Positions 25,462 through 35,153 of a stretch of DNA of 42,829 bases are shown here, piece by piece. The number at the start of each line of letters is the position of its first letter. Position 1 is the stretch's first letter. Made by a program: the position numbers and the translations under genes. A model generated the notes under the pieces. It worked only from the letters and a program-made list of their open reading frames with translations, did no database searches and was not told where the DNA came from. The stretch comes from a virus (lineage: Duplodnaviria; Caudoviricetes), in the IMG/VR virus record IMGVR_UViG_3300008255_000036, positions 1-42,829 of that record, one strand, 5' to 3'.

Positions 25462-25782
25462 ATGGAAGAAACACAAATCCCGGGAAACCTCTCTCCCGCG
25501 CGGGAAGCATCTCTACGAGGTTCTCAAGTAGAATCTGAAGTAGTCGGCGAGGAAATGGAAGAAGATTTTCTACCTGAGCCAGAAAATGCACCAACAGAAG
25601 ATGCTCCTGAAACTCCTCAGGATGATGCACCACAAGGTGACGCATCGACTGACACTGACCCTGACCATGGTACATCAAGCGATGAACAGGGCGTCGAAGA
25701 TGAAAGAGAAGGAGACAAATCACCTGAAAATGGTGAAGAAGACTCTGAAGGAGAAGAAGATGGGGACAATCAAGTTCTCTAA
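25462..25782 (+). CDS. Very acidic disordered protein (106 aa)
   Basis: D/E-rich low-complexity ORF, last gene of the plus arm. Confidence 0.6.
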   Translation: MEETQIPGNLSPAREASLRGSQVESEVVGEEMEEDFLPEPENAPTEDAPETPQDDAPQGDASTDTDPDHGTSSDEQGVEDEREGDKSPENGEEDSEGEEDGDNQVL

Positions 25783-25864
25783 CGCTTCACCAGACTTTAC
25801 AGGATTACGCAGGTGAGGTTTTTATGCCAAAGTGGTATAAAGTGGTATAAAGTATCATCTCAAA

Positions 25865-25894
25865 CAAAAACACCCCGTAAATGGGGTGTTTTTG
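25865..25894. terminator. Bidirectional intrinsic terminator between the convergent arms
   Basis: CAAAAACACCCC-GTAAAT-GGGGTGTTTTTG. Confidence 0.85.
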
Positions 25895-25908
25895 AATACG
25901 TTTTTTTA

Positions 25909-26151
25909 CTATTTCTTGAGAAGTAGCGCGTATACGGTAGATGCTGCGGTAAGAACTCCCACCATTGTTTGATACCATTCGGTACCACGAAACATGAAGT
26001 ATACCCCACCAACAACCACTGATAGTCCTATGGTGATGAGTTTGGTACCCATCGTATCGGTCCCGTGTTTGTTTTTCGCCCATTGAATAAACAATGAGAG
26101 CACGGATCCTACTACAAGGATACCCATGAAGTCAACGATTTGCATGTCCAT
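25909..26151 (-). CDS. Holin-like membrane protein (80 aa)
   Basis: Up to three hydrophobic segments; adjacent to the peptidase. Confidence 0.65.
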   Translation of the reverse strand: MDMQIVDFMGILVVGSVLSLFIQWAKNKHGTDTMGTKLITIGLSVVVGGVYFMFRGTEWYQTMVGVLTAASTVYALLLKK

Positions 26152-26154
26152 ATG

Positions 26155-27171
26155 CTATAGATTACTAATTACAATTTTTCTGTTGGCTTTTATTTCTTCC
26201 GGGATAGTCAAGATTGTATTCCAGTCTCCCCAAATTGGATGAGTAAAATCTTTTCCTTCAACGAAGGTTTGCTCATCACCAATATGGATAATCTTCTTTT
26301 TGTCTACAAAATAACATCGTGGATCATTGGCATTTTTTATTACTTTACCTTGATACTTTACAAGTATATCAGCGACATTATGTGGAATATCTACGATGAT
26401 AAAGAATGTACCAAGACCATATTGTTCAAGTTCATCTTCCCAAATATAGAATCGTCCATCTTTACCCCAGTTTTTCCCAAAGGAATTGTCAAACCACCAA
26501 CGGACACGCCCGTCTACAGTTTCTTTTTCACTAAATACAAAGGCATGCCCGCCCACGGCTCCACCTGATGGCAAAGGAAGACGTCCATCTTTTTCAGTGC
26601 GATTGTAGCTTTTATACCACATGTTGGTTGTTACCAACGGTATGCGCTCATTGTATGCTGTTCTGACAATACGAGCCCAATCTCCGGGATAAATATACCA
26701 GTAAGTTTCTGACCTGTACTCCGCTGCCTCAACGTATACATCTTGAGAAACATTGTCACAAACTCGAATGTATACATCTTCAGGAAGTGTCGTATCTTCC
26801 GGTACAGTTGAATCAAGTGGAACACCGTACTTCGCGGACATCTTCATGGCCAATGGGACGTTGGTTCCCCAACCACTAAAGTTTTGCTCGCGTTTACATA
26901 AAGAATATAGAAACATTTTTGAAAGATCAATCAATTCACCACGTTCGTTTGTTTCTTGCTTACTTTTTTGCTTACCAACTGCGTGTCCAACGCAAGATGG
27001 CTTATTTCCTTGATTTGATTTTGGAAGATCGATACGAAAATCAGGGACCTCCATAGCCCCGACTTCTTCGATCTTATAGTATGGAAAATTACGAGGGTCA
27101 TCCTCGACTAATTCACAACCAAGTGGAAAATCGTTTTCCTCTTGAGTTGATGCTTTTTTTTCATCAGACAT
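26155..27171 (-). CDS. Papain-like C1 cysteine peptidase, putative endolysin (338 aa)
   Basis: NQGNKPSCVGHA (Gln/Cys), GGHA (His), DNSFGKNWGKDGRFYI (Asn). Confidence 0.85.
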   Translation of the reverse strand: MSDEKKASTQEENDFPLGCELVEDDPRNFPYYKIEEVGAMEVPDFRIDLPKSNQGNKPSCVGHAVGKQKSKQETNERGELIDLSKMFLYSLCKREQNFSGWGTNVPLAMKMSAKYGVPLDSTVPEDTTLPEDVYIRVCDNVSQDVYVEAAEYRSETYWYIYPGDWARIVRTAYNERIPLVTTNMWYKSYNRTEKDGRLPLPSGGAVGGHAFVFSEKETVDGRVRWWFDNSFGKNWGKDGRFYIWEDELEQYGLGTFFIIVDIPHNVADILVKYQGKVIKNANDPRCYFVDKKKIIHIGDEQTFVEGKDFTHPIWGDWNTILTIPEEIKANRKIVISNL

Positions 27172-27175
27172 ATAT

Positions 27176-27478
27176 TTATTTTTTAGCAGCCGGTAAGCGT
27201 TCTTCTAAAATGGTATTGACTTTTGCTACCTGCAACTCCAATTGGCGAATTGCCTGCTGGCTTGATTTTATGTTTTCCTCGATCGTATGCAAATGATTTG
27301 TTTCTATACTATTAAGTTTATCTGTAAGGATTTGCTGGCTTTTAATCCTTTCATCAAATATAGTCAAAAGGTTATCCGATTTAATTTGGGGGTTTCTAAA
27401 AAAATGATACACTCCAAATGTCACACCCAATATAGATATTCCAAATGTCAGATATTCAAAAGTGATAACTCCGCCCAT
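27176..27478 (-). CDS. Membrane-anchored coiled-coil protein, holin-like (100 aa)
   Basis: N-terminal TM helix, then ETNHLHTIE coiled coil. Confidence 0.6.
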   Translation of the reverse strand: MGGVITFEYLTFGISILGVTFGVYHFFRNPQIKSDNLLTIFDERIKSQQILTDKLNSIETNHLHTIEENIKSSQQAIRQLELQVAKVNTILEERLPAAKK

Positions 27479-27480
27479 AC

Positions 27481-27768
27481 CTATTTATCGTTATGAAATA
27501 AATCAGATAGTGGTTTAATTTTAGCATTGTAATATGTGAGTGTGTAAAAAATAGAAGTGAGCAACATTAGCCCATACCATTTCCAACTCATGTCACCAGC
27601 TATCTCCCCAATACCAGTAATCACAATTGAGACAAGAAATAGAACAGCAGGGCTGTCATCCTTGAACTCCTGCATTGCCTTTTGGGCGACCTTTTTTATG
27701 CTCACGGGCGTTTTTGGAACGCGCATTTGCACACCCATAGGCTCAAATTGTGATTTGCTTATTGACAT
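27481..27768 (-). CDS. Two-TM membrane protein (95 aa)
   Basis: Two hydrophobic helices; first gene of the lysis cassette. Confidence 0.6.
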   Translation of the reverse strand: MSISKSQFEPMGVQMRVPKTPVSIKKVAQKAMQEFKDDSPAVLFLVSIVITGIGEIAGDMSWKWYGLMLLTSIFYTLTYYNAKIKPLSDLFHNDK

Positions 27769-27776
27769 ATATAAAC

Positions 27777-27785
27777 ATTATATCA
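27777..27785 (-). promoter_or_regulatory. Extended -10 internal promoter of the lysis cassette (likely leaderless)
   Basis: TGATATAAT 8 nt upstream of the ATG at 27768. Confidence 0.5.
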
Positions 27786-27788
27786 CAA

Positions 27789-29873
27789 TTACCCTTCCGT
27801 GAGAACTAACTGTACACGATTTTCTTGTTTGTTTTCATCAGTGACATCGATCTTTGTGTCAACGCTATCCACATATACATCGTAGTCATTTTTTAGAGCA
27901 GTACCAATAGCGTACGCACGTGCTTTTGTCCCACGTGCTCCTCGTGTGATACCCCAAATGCGATCATTATTTGCAGATGTATAATACATCTCCTCAACAT
28001 ATCCACTTGTGATTGCTCGGACACGGCCAGCTCTTGGAATAGGGCGGTTTGTGTCAATACGCGCGGATGTTGCTGATGACGTGAGTGCCGTTTGAAGCGC
28101 ACATTCAAAGAAGTCAGTGTCTTCAAGAATCACTTTTTGTTTCAGATTCAACAAGTTCCAAAGCTCATTCGATATTTCCATACCGGTTCTTTGCTCTTGG
28201 TTTCCATCCAACAAACTGATTTGTTTTGAGGCATCCACTGTCATGCTCCAACGTACTTTGAAATCAGGGAATGGTTTGTAAGCCAAAATAACGTCACGTA
28301 CTATTGGTGTATTTGATGTGGTGGTAGTGTTTAGTTTTATTCTAATCCAAATCTTGTTGAACTTTACTGTTGACGCAGGAGTGAATACACGTTTTGTTAT
28401 ATTTGCATCATTCGATGCTGTTACATTCCCTATTGTTACCCAGGTACTTCGATCATCGATTGAATAATCGACTTCTATTTCAGTACCGGTAGCAAGTTTG
28501 TCAAAAATAATAGTGATATTGTCCAATAATTTATCAATCGAAGATATTTGGTCCATCTCACCCATAACAAGATAATTTTCACCATCCTCTGATTTGTACG
28601 CACTATCCGAATCAATATATACATTTGTAGGATTTTCTTCATCAAAATAATAAAATGTACCAGATGAGTTTGTTGTCACCGGGATAAGATCGTAACTATT
28701 ACTATTTGCCGCGTTTTGTTTATGGTTAAAAAACACTTCACCGTCATATATAAGATTGCCCCAATATAATTTATTATCCTTTTCCAGACACCCATCATTG
28801 AGCGCAATCCCAAGATCGGTGGCACTTGTCTGTGTTCGAGAAGCATCTCGCGTAAAAATCAAACGTAAATCACTGCCATCATAATCGTATATTTGCGAAA
28901 GCGGTACTGTTATGATAAGTTTTCCACCAAACACACGAAGGAGCTTTTCTCCCACGCCCCAGTTTGGGGTATTTGTATTATAAAATGTTCTTACTGTCTC
29001 ATCGGTTGAGGTACTCGGATCAAATACTCTCAATTCAAGTGTGTTTGAATTATTTAGAAAGTAATATATTTTCCCGCTAAATGCAGCCATTGATATAGGG
29101 ATTGCATTTGTTTCGATATATACTTCTTCGGTAAACGTAGTCCCATCGTATGACAAAATTGCAATTTTGTTGTTGGTTGTATCATCAATACCAAAATAAA
29201 TTAAACCACCAAGCTCAGCAGCACACCGTGATGATCCCATTCCGGTAAGTGTCGATGCAGTCAATATACCTGAGCTATGGTCCGTGACACTAGATCCATC
29301 CCAGCTTTGGACAACTTCTGTATTACCACTTCCAACCGCAAAAATATATAATTTATTTTTATATGCAAACATCTGAGATACAACATTTTGATTTGTACCA
29401 CTGAATGTAAACAAAGATGTCCACGTTGATCCATCCAAATAATATACCCTTGGTTTATTGTCCGCGGTAGCATCTTCGGTACCAATATATGTATTTTTCA
29501 CTGAGTCTACTTCACCATAGGTTCCACATGTAACATCCGCTCCGGCAGCAAGAGAACTTCCTACCTGTGTAACCTGTCGCTCAAGTTTTATTGCTCCCTG
29601 CTCTGAATACACATCAATGTTTGCTGAGTATAAAAACTTTCCATCGTCACGCCATTTTTTCTCATCTTTTATCCCTGCACTCCAATCTGTTTGAGCAACG
29701 TAGAAAAGATTTGCCCCGGAGAAATCTGAGTATTGAATATCAGAAATAGCAAGGCGGTCTACCTGGCTTTGTATAACCCTCTTATCATAGAGAGGTTGCC
29801 CCGGAGCTCCTTTTAGAATGTATCCTTTGGAGTTCAGTGCAACATTATATTTTTGTCTTACGCCTGTACCCAT
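27789..29873 (-). CDS. Beta-propeller-like tail/nozzle protein (~694 aa)
   Basis: Beta-rich repeats (AAFSGKIYYF, LRVFGGKLII); follows the adaptor-like gene; ORF-track start 29897 is also possible. Confidence 0.6.
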   Translation of the reverse strand: MGTGVRQKYNVALNSKGYILKGAPGQPLYDKRVIQSQVDRLAISDIQYSDFSGANLFYVAQTDWSAGIKDEKKWRDDGKFLYSANIDVYSEQGAIKLERQVTQVGSSLAAGADVTCGTYGEVDSVKNTYIGTEDATADNKPRVYYLDGSTWTSLFTFSGTNQNVVSQMFAYKNKLYIFAVGSGNTEVVQSWDGSSVTDHSSGILTASTLTGMGSSRCAAELGGLIYFGIDDTTNNKIAILSYDGTTFTEEVYIETNAIPISMAAFSGKIYYFLNNSNTLELRVFDPSTSTDETVRTFYNTNTPNWGVGEKLLRVFGGKLIITVPLSQIYDYDGSDLRLIFTRDASRTQTSATDLGIALNDGCLEKDNKLYWGNLIYDGEVFFNHKQNAANSNSYDLIPVTTNSSGTFYYFDEENPTNVYIDSDSAYKSEDGENYLVMGEMDQISSIDKLLDNITIIFDKLATGTEIEVDYSIDDRSTWVTIGNVTASNDANITKRVFTPASTVKFNKIWIRIKLNTTTTSNTPIVRDVILAYKPFPDFKVRWSMTVDASKQISLLDGNQEQRTGMEISNELWNLLNLKQKVILEDTDFFECALQTALTSSATSARIDTNRPIPRAGRVRAITSGYVEEMYYTSANNDRIWGITRGARGTKARAYAIGTALKNDYDVYVDSVDTKIDVTDENKQENRVQLVLTEG

Positions 29874-29880
29874 ATAAGTA

Positions 29881-30732
29881 TTATGATACCGGGCCACTTG
29901 TCGGAATATGAAAATTATTTGCCAATGCCGGGAGAACTGGTTTTACTCGCCGTCTCAATAACTCGTATTTCGTTTCTTCATCAACAGCAACAGCTCTAAT
30001 TTGATTGAGTCTGAGCATCCCTTGTTCAGTATTTACATTTCCTTGTTGTGCTATTTTTGCGGCGACGGATCTGAGATACTTTGATTTTGTTCCATGTTTT
30101 ACCATCTGTATCCAGGCGTCTTCAAGATCAAGCGTTGATGACAATGCTGTTGGTTTTGCGACTTTTCTACAATACGTGAGCTGCGCATAATTTGCCTTAC
30201 TCGGAGCACTTCCCAAAATAAGTTTGTTTGCCCTTCGATCATGGCGCCAATTTGTGAATGGTTTTTTGAATGTACCACCGGAAGTAAAATTGTCAGATTC
30301 TAAAAACTCAATGATTTTCAAACATCCCGATGGACCATCGTATACTTGTACACCAGCAGAAAGAGTTATGCCTGATGTGGATCTCACAACCATACGGAAA
30401 AATTGATCTCCCATTTCATCAATAGTATCTCCAATTGCATCGAGCCATTCTTGATTTGTGAAGTTTACTCCCTTATATCTTGCCTCAATTCCTGATGATG
30501 TCACTGATGCCAAGTCGATAACACCAGTATCATCGTCAAGTGTGTAATCATTACCTAAACCCTCTGTTTTTGCAGTACCACCAATACGAAGAATCATGGA
30601 ATCCTCTAATACCGGAGAGTATTTTGTTTTGTAGACGGTTGAGGAATTGTCACCAGTTATTTTATCCTGATGAAGCACTGGTACATCACTTACATCACGT
30701 CTCAATTGTGTTACTAATGCTGAAGTAATCAT
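29881..30732 (-). CDS. Putative head-tail adaptor (283 aa)
   Basis: N-terminal LVTQLRRDVSD and FTNQEWLDAI helices typical of adaptors; positional. Confidence 0.5.
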   Translation of the reverse strand: MITSALVTQLRRDVSDVPVLHQDKITGDNSSTVYKTKYSPVLEDSMILRIGGTAKTEGLGNDYTLDDDTGVIDLASVTSSGIEARYKGVNFTNQEWLDAIGDTIDEMGDQFFRMVVRSTSGITLSAGVQVYDGPSGCLKIIEFLESDNFTSGGTFKKPFTNWRHDRRANKLILGSAPSKANYAQLTYCRKVAKPTALSSTLDLEDAWIQMVKHGTKSKYLRSVAAKIAQQGNVNTEQGMLRLNQIRAVAVDEETKYELLRRRVKPVLPALANNFHIPTSGPVS

Positions 30733-30736
30733 ATAC

Positions 30737-32026
30737 CTAATTTAAGAATCGAGTATCATCCATTGAAATTGGATATTGTTGTTGTTCTGATCTAAGTCCA
30801 ATCACTCCGCGACGTTCTGCTCTTATTTTTGCTTTTCCGCGCATAGATTTTGAAACTCCAGTTTGCTTTAACCTTCCCTTAGCTCTTATTGTATACGAAA
30901 TACCGGATATTTTCAATCTTGCTTTTGCTTGTACAGATTTAGATTCCCCTAATTGCATGACCCGCGCCTTACTCGTAACTATCTGTAAAGTACCAAGTTG
31001 CTTCACTCGTCCCTTTGCTCGCGCAGTATTTAATAATGTTTGTTGAATACGAGCTCTTGCAGATACAGAATCTTCCCGAGTAAACAAAATCCTTGCTTTT
31101 GCCGTAATAGATTTTGCAACTCCCAACTGTTTGATTCTACTTCTTGCCTGAACTAACTTTTCTTTTCCATTTATGATAAATGCTTTTGCTGAAATTGTAA
31201 TTGCAACACCCAACTGTTTGATTCTACTTTTTGCCTGTATATCTTGTTCAACACCGAGTTGCCTCACTCGCCCTCTTGCTTGGACCGTATCCACTTGTGT
31301 TTGCTGTATACGCGCCCTTGCCTGTATCGTATAGGTGTTTGTCACTACAAACACATCTGGTACAGTGGTTGAGAATACTGGTGATCCGCTTGCGGTCAAG
31401 TCGTTTCCGTTGCTTGTTTCGTCTGTGTAGTCGTTGTTTAGTTTCCAATAACCTACTAAATTAGATTCTGAGCCTGTTAACTCTAAATCATAATTATCAC
31501 TAATTTCTTGTGCTGTTCTTATATCATTCCACACCCTAACTTCGTCAATAAGACCATCAAAATACTGTCCAGGGTTTGATACAGCTCCAATAGCAAACGG
31601 TGCCGAACTATTTAAGATATCTGTAGCATTACTTGAATCCACACTACCTGTGTACTCAACAGCGTCTACATAAAACTTAGCCGATGGAACACTTACATCT
31701 AAAGCCACAGCTACGTGATACCAAGTTCCAGTAGATAACGCTACACTATGAGTGATTTGAGTTAAAGCAGAGGAAGCCGCGTTTCTAATTTGTAGATAAA
31801 GTTTTTGTTCTGTTGCTTGATAAACAAAAACATAAGCCTGTGTATTAGCAGTTGTACCAACTTTTGAAATTAAAGCTGGATATGTTCCCCCTGCAAGTGA
31901 TTCAAACTTTACCCAACACTCAAGAGTTAGATCTCCAGTAATATCTAAACCAGTCTGACTTGCGTCATCTATACTAGCATATTGACTACTAGAGGATTCT
32001 AAATCTAATGAGTGGGTATTTGCCAT
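30737..32026 (-). CDS. Fibre-like protein: N-terminal LamG/concanavalin domain plus basic 14-15-aa repeats (429 aa)
   Basis: TLECWVK...WYHVAV...FDGLIDEVRVWN...LVGYWKLN; repeated (V/I)xAK(A/S/G)R(I/V)KQLG. Confidence 0.85.
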   Translation of the reverse strand: MANTHSLDLESSSSQYASIDDASQTGLDITGDLTLECWVKFESLAGGTYPALISKVGTTANTQAYVFVYQATEQKLYLQIRNAASSALTQITHSVALSTGTWYHVAVALDVSVPSAKFYVDAVEYTGSVDSSNATDILNSSAPFAIGAVSNPGQYFDGLIDEVRVWNDIRTAQEISDNYDLELTGSESNLVGYWKLNNDYTDETSNGNDLTASGSPVFSTTVPDVFVVTNTYTIQARARIQQTQVDTVQARGRVRQLGVEQDIQAKSRIKQLGVAITISAKAFIINGKEKLVQARSRIKQLGVAKSITAKARILFTREDSVSARARIQQTLLNTARAKGRVKQLGTLQIVTSKARVMQLGESKSVQAKARLKISGISYTIRAKGRLKQTGVSKSMRGKAKIRAERRGVIGLRSEQQQYPISMDDTRFLN

Positions 32027-32031
32027 ACAGC

Positions 32032-32700
32032 TTATTCAAAAATTGTGATATACCCCGTTGGATATACCATCACCATTATTTTTTCTTCCGTACCGGGGAC
32101 TTCGTATCCGAGAACAAATCTATTGTAGTGAAAAAACTCATCCGTTGATGGAGCGAACTCTGTGTATGTAGGATCTACGTCACCAACAGTGGAGCTGAAT
32201 CTTTTTCTGCAAAACATGATGAGCTTCTTATTGTCTCTGCACTCCTTTTTATAGAGCTTTGCTCTATCATCTTGACTTAGAAACCCATTTACAAATGTAA
32301 ATACTCCAGTATCCCAGTTGAGGCCGACAATAACCCGCTTTTCTTCATTACCTGTTGGCCAATTAAAGTTTGATACAAACCGCACTTGCTTTATTCGTGA
32401 CTGATCTATGTGAGAAAAATTATGTTCTTTATCAGAAAATTGTTTGAGTATCACCCCATCGGTATATTCGACTTCCCACTCAAACTCAAGATTTGATTTA
32501 TTAAAATTGTCAATGTAATTCGAAAAAGTTGATGGGATACGTAAACTCCCTGTTCTATTATCACCAATTTTTACACCCAAATCAATAAGTTTCCTAGTAG
32601 CCTTTGCATATGCCAAAATACCGTCCTGTCGTATTTGGAGTAGCTGATCAATTTCCTTGTTGATATTTTCCATAGGAATGGATGGGATGGTATTCCCCAC
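32032..32700 (-). CDS. Hypothetical virion-module protein (222 aa)
   Basis: WEVEYTDGVILKQF motif; start uncertain. Confidence 0.6.
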   Translation of the reverse strand: MGNTIPSIPMENINKEIDQLLQIRQDGILAYAKATRKLIDLGVKIGDNRTGSLRIPSTFSNYIDNFNKSNLEFEWEVEYTDGVILKQFSDKEHNFSHIDQSRIKQVRFVSNFNWPTGNEEKRVIVGLNWDTGVFTFVNGFLSQDDRAKLYKKECRDNKKLIMFCRKRFSSTVGDVDPTYTEFAPSTDEFFHYNRFVLGYEVPGTEEKIMVMVYPTGYITIFE

Positions 32701-32731
32701 GTTATTGTATTAACGGAACCAAGACAAATCA

Positions 32732-33235
32732 CTAGGATTCGTCATAATTTAGGGTGAAAGTAGCCAAACTTGTATCCCCTGCTGCTGCGGCACTCGTAGT
32801 GTTGAGCTGCATGACGATATAGTCTGTGTATCCTGAAGCGGTCAATGAACCAGTGATGTTTCCACCAATAGATACATTTGCACTTCCCGGATCACTCGTT
32901 GGCACTGCCGCTGTAGCCTTTGTAGAATCAGCAGATGTAGGTGTCGCATAAGCGCTTACACCACCATCACCCCAGGAGATTGATAATCCGGTACTCGGAG
33001 AAAAGTTTGTTGATCTCCAAAACTGGATATTATCAATGATGTTAAAGGTTCCTGTAAACTTCGGTTTGATCCATACCTCCATGCTTTCATCACCTGCGTC
33101 TATTGGATTATCAGCGTAGTCAGCCGCAGAAGCACTATCATTTTTTTTGAAGTTGAACAGGTTTCCTGAGATACCCAAATCAGTGAGAGTTTGTCCTGCA
33201 CCGTTTGCTTGTGTCCATCCAAATGTTGCTGCCAT
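32732..33235 (-). CDS. Structural protein (167 aa)
   Basis: Ser/Thr/Gly/Ala-rich beta protein in the late operon. Confidence 0.65.
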   Translation of the reverse strand: MAATFGWTQANGAGQTLTDLGISGNLFNFKKNDSASAADYADNPIDAGDESMEVWIKPKFTGTFNIIDNIQFWRSTNFSPSTGLSISWGDGGVSAYATPTSADSTKATAAVPTSDPGSANVSIGGNITGSLTASGYTDYIVMQLNTTSAAAAGDTSLATFTLNYDES

Positions 33236-33287
33236 ATAACATGTATGTTACGAATGAATAAATCGACCTTTGTTGTTTCAAACCTAC

Positions 33288-33569
33288 CTATTTTATCAAT
33301 AGGTAGGCTGTAGCCCCAACACCAGTCACTTTTACGTGCATACCACGATCAAAGCGCACACAATCAAGCTCGGCGCTATTGAAACCAACCGCTACAGGTA
33401 CTGTCATCTGAAGACGTACGTCTCCACTTGCATTACCATCACGGACAGTTACTGTAGCTCCACTTGTTGGTGCATCGAGAAATACAGACTCCAGCACCTT
33501 TGGGACGGTTGCTGCGTATACCTGTTTCCCGACGGACCCACTTGGCGTTACTTGTACTGATTCAGCCAT
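33288..33569 (-). CDS. Small structural beta-sandwich protein (93 aa)
   Basis: CATATG start MAESVQVTP. Confidence 0.6.
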   Translation of the reverse strand: MAESVQVTPSGSVGKQVYAATVPKVLESVFLDAPTSGATVTVRDGNASGDVRLQMTVPVAVGFNSAELDCVRFDRGMHVKVTGVGATAYLLIK

Positions 33570-33573
33570 ATGG

Positions 33574-34680
33574 TTATTTTTTATGTGAATTAGATTCAAT
33601 GATTTTGTGATAAACCTCGGAGTATCGTTTGATATTTTCTTCAATCCAATTCCCCTCGGCCCATTTTTTATTATCTTCGATCATGCTTTGTCTCAGCATT
33701 TCATCGTCGATAAGTTGTTTGAGGCTATTATACCACTCTTTGAAAGTTTCTGCTAGAAATACATTACACCCATTTTGCTGTGCCTCGATATATGGTGTCA
33801 CTCTTGATGCAACGATAGAGAATCCCATTGCTGAGTATTCTTTCAATTTGAGGTCTGACTTTGCACAATTGAAGGCATTATTTACGATTGGTGCGATTGC
33901 AATATCCCATCCATGCGTTGCGAGTACAACTGGGTATTGATCAAGCGGTTGCCCTGGGTGCATTACAATTTGGCCACTATAATCGCATTTCTTACATTCG
34001 TGTGTGAAATGATCAAACTCTGAAAATATACCTTTCAGTTCTTTTTCAAGCATTCCCATGATTTCAAAGCGAACCTTTCCATCATATTCCTTTACTATTT
34101 TTTTTAATACCGGCACCACCATTTTGAGATCATCAAAATGAGAGTTTCCCCCAGCCCAACCAATTCTTATGATCCCATCATTTTTGCGCACGGTAGACTG
34201 GTCCCATTGTTGTTGACTAAGGAAGTTCGGCATAACATACATATTTTCATTGTATGGCTCATAGTCCCGAGCAAGTTGTGGTGTAGAAACAGTCATTGCA
34301 TCTGCCTGCCTCATTTTTTCTACTGCACGTTCTATATACAAAGTAGAAGGATTCCACGCAGCGTATCCGGGATTCCGAGGGGATACCATATGAAGGAGAT
34401 CATCCACTTCAACCACAACTGCCTTCCCCAATTTTTTTGCATATCGAAATGAATCCAGTGAGGCTGTAGAACCTATTTCCTGAAATACGACTAGATCTGC
34501 TTGTTCAATGTGTTCTTTGGTGGTGAACTTTACGTCTGTGATAGTATTCATCATTTTGAACCGGCGCAAATACATTGCTGGCTGAAGACATCGGTAGTAC
34601 CCACAACCACCTTTATCACGAATGACAAAAAGAACAGTCTTCAAGTTTTCATCAAATGGGATTTTGGTAATATCTTTCAT
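33574..34680 (-). CDS. Glycosyltransferase, GT-B/GT4-like (368 aa)
   Basis: GCGYYR, EVDD, STPQL, IGWAGG..H..DL, DIAIAP...FN.AKS.LK..EY. Confidence 0.85.
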   Translation of the reverse strand: MKDITKIPFDENLKTVLFVIRDKGGCGYYRCLQPAMYLRRFKMMNTITDVKFTTKEHIEQADLVVFQEIGSTASLDSFRYAKKLGKAVVVEVDDLLHMVSPRNPGYAAWNPSTLYIERAVEKMRQADAMTVSTPQLARDYEPYNENMYVMPNFLSQQQWDQSTVRKNDGIIRIGWAGGNSHFDDLKMVVPVLKKIVKEYDGKVRFEIMGMLEKELKGIFSEFDHFTHECKKCDYSGQIVMHPGQPLDQYPVVLATHGWDIAIAPIVNNAFNCAKSDLKLKEYSAMGFSIVASRVTPYIEAQQNGCNVFLAETFKEWYNSLKQLIDDEMLRQSMIEDNKKWAEGNWIEENIKRYSEVYHKIIESNSHKK

Positions 34681-34684
34681 AGGA

Positions 34685-35152
34685 TTATGGTTTAATTACC
34701 TCCATGACAAACTCATGGGGATGTACTAAAAAGTCTTTATGTCCACCGGTCCATTGTCTGATATTATCAAAAGGAACTCCGATATTTTGTAATTTTTCGG
34801 CAAGGTCCTCTTTTACAAGATGTGTCCTACGATTGTAAATAGTATTGAACTCATCTACCGAAATATCAGCCCCTATAAATTGGCGTGTTGCTCTCTCAAA
34901 GTCTACCTCTACAATAATAATACTTCCACCCTTTTTCAACGCACGAAGCCATTGCATAATGGTTTTAGATATATCCTGTGGTGTACAATTTCCTAGCGCA
35001 CCAAAGTCATATATCTTTGTCAGACGTTCTTTATTAAACGGAAATAGAGAAGGTGCTGTAATGGGTAGGATCATATCTACATGCGTATCCTCAACTGGCC
35101 ACATTGTAGGAAGATCCTCAATTCTTCTTTCATTTGAAATCTGTATTTTCAT
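34685..35152 (-). CDS. Divergent methyltransferase-like protein (155 aa)
   Basis: QWLRALKKGGSIIIVEVD resembles the class I MTase segment 'RVLKPGG'; no clear SAM-binding motif I. Confidence 0.45.
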   Translation of the reverse strand: MKIQISNERRIEDLPTMWPVEDTHVDMILPITAPSLFPFNKERLTKIYDFGALGNCTPQDISKTIMQWLRALKKGGSIIIVEVDFERATRQFIGADISVDEFNTIYNRRTHLVKEDLAEKLQNIGVPFDNIRQWTGGHKDFLVHPHEFVMEVIKP

Positions 35153-35153
35153 A

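Noticed and set aside
25829-25853. AAAGTGGTAT tandem 10-mer as a recombination site
   Set aside because: Only about 2.5 copies beside the terminator, with no inverted symmetry or partner site seen
30737-32026. Diversity-generating retroelement acting on the fibre gene
   Set aside because: No reverse transcriptase and no template/variable repeat pair was seen
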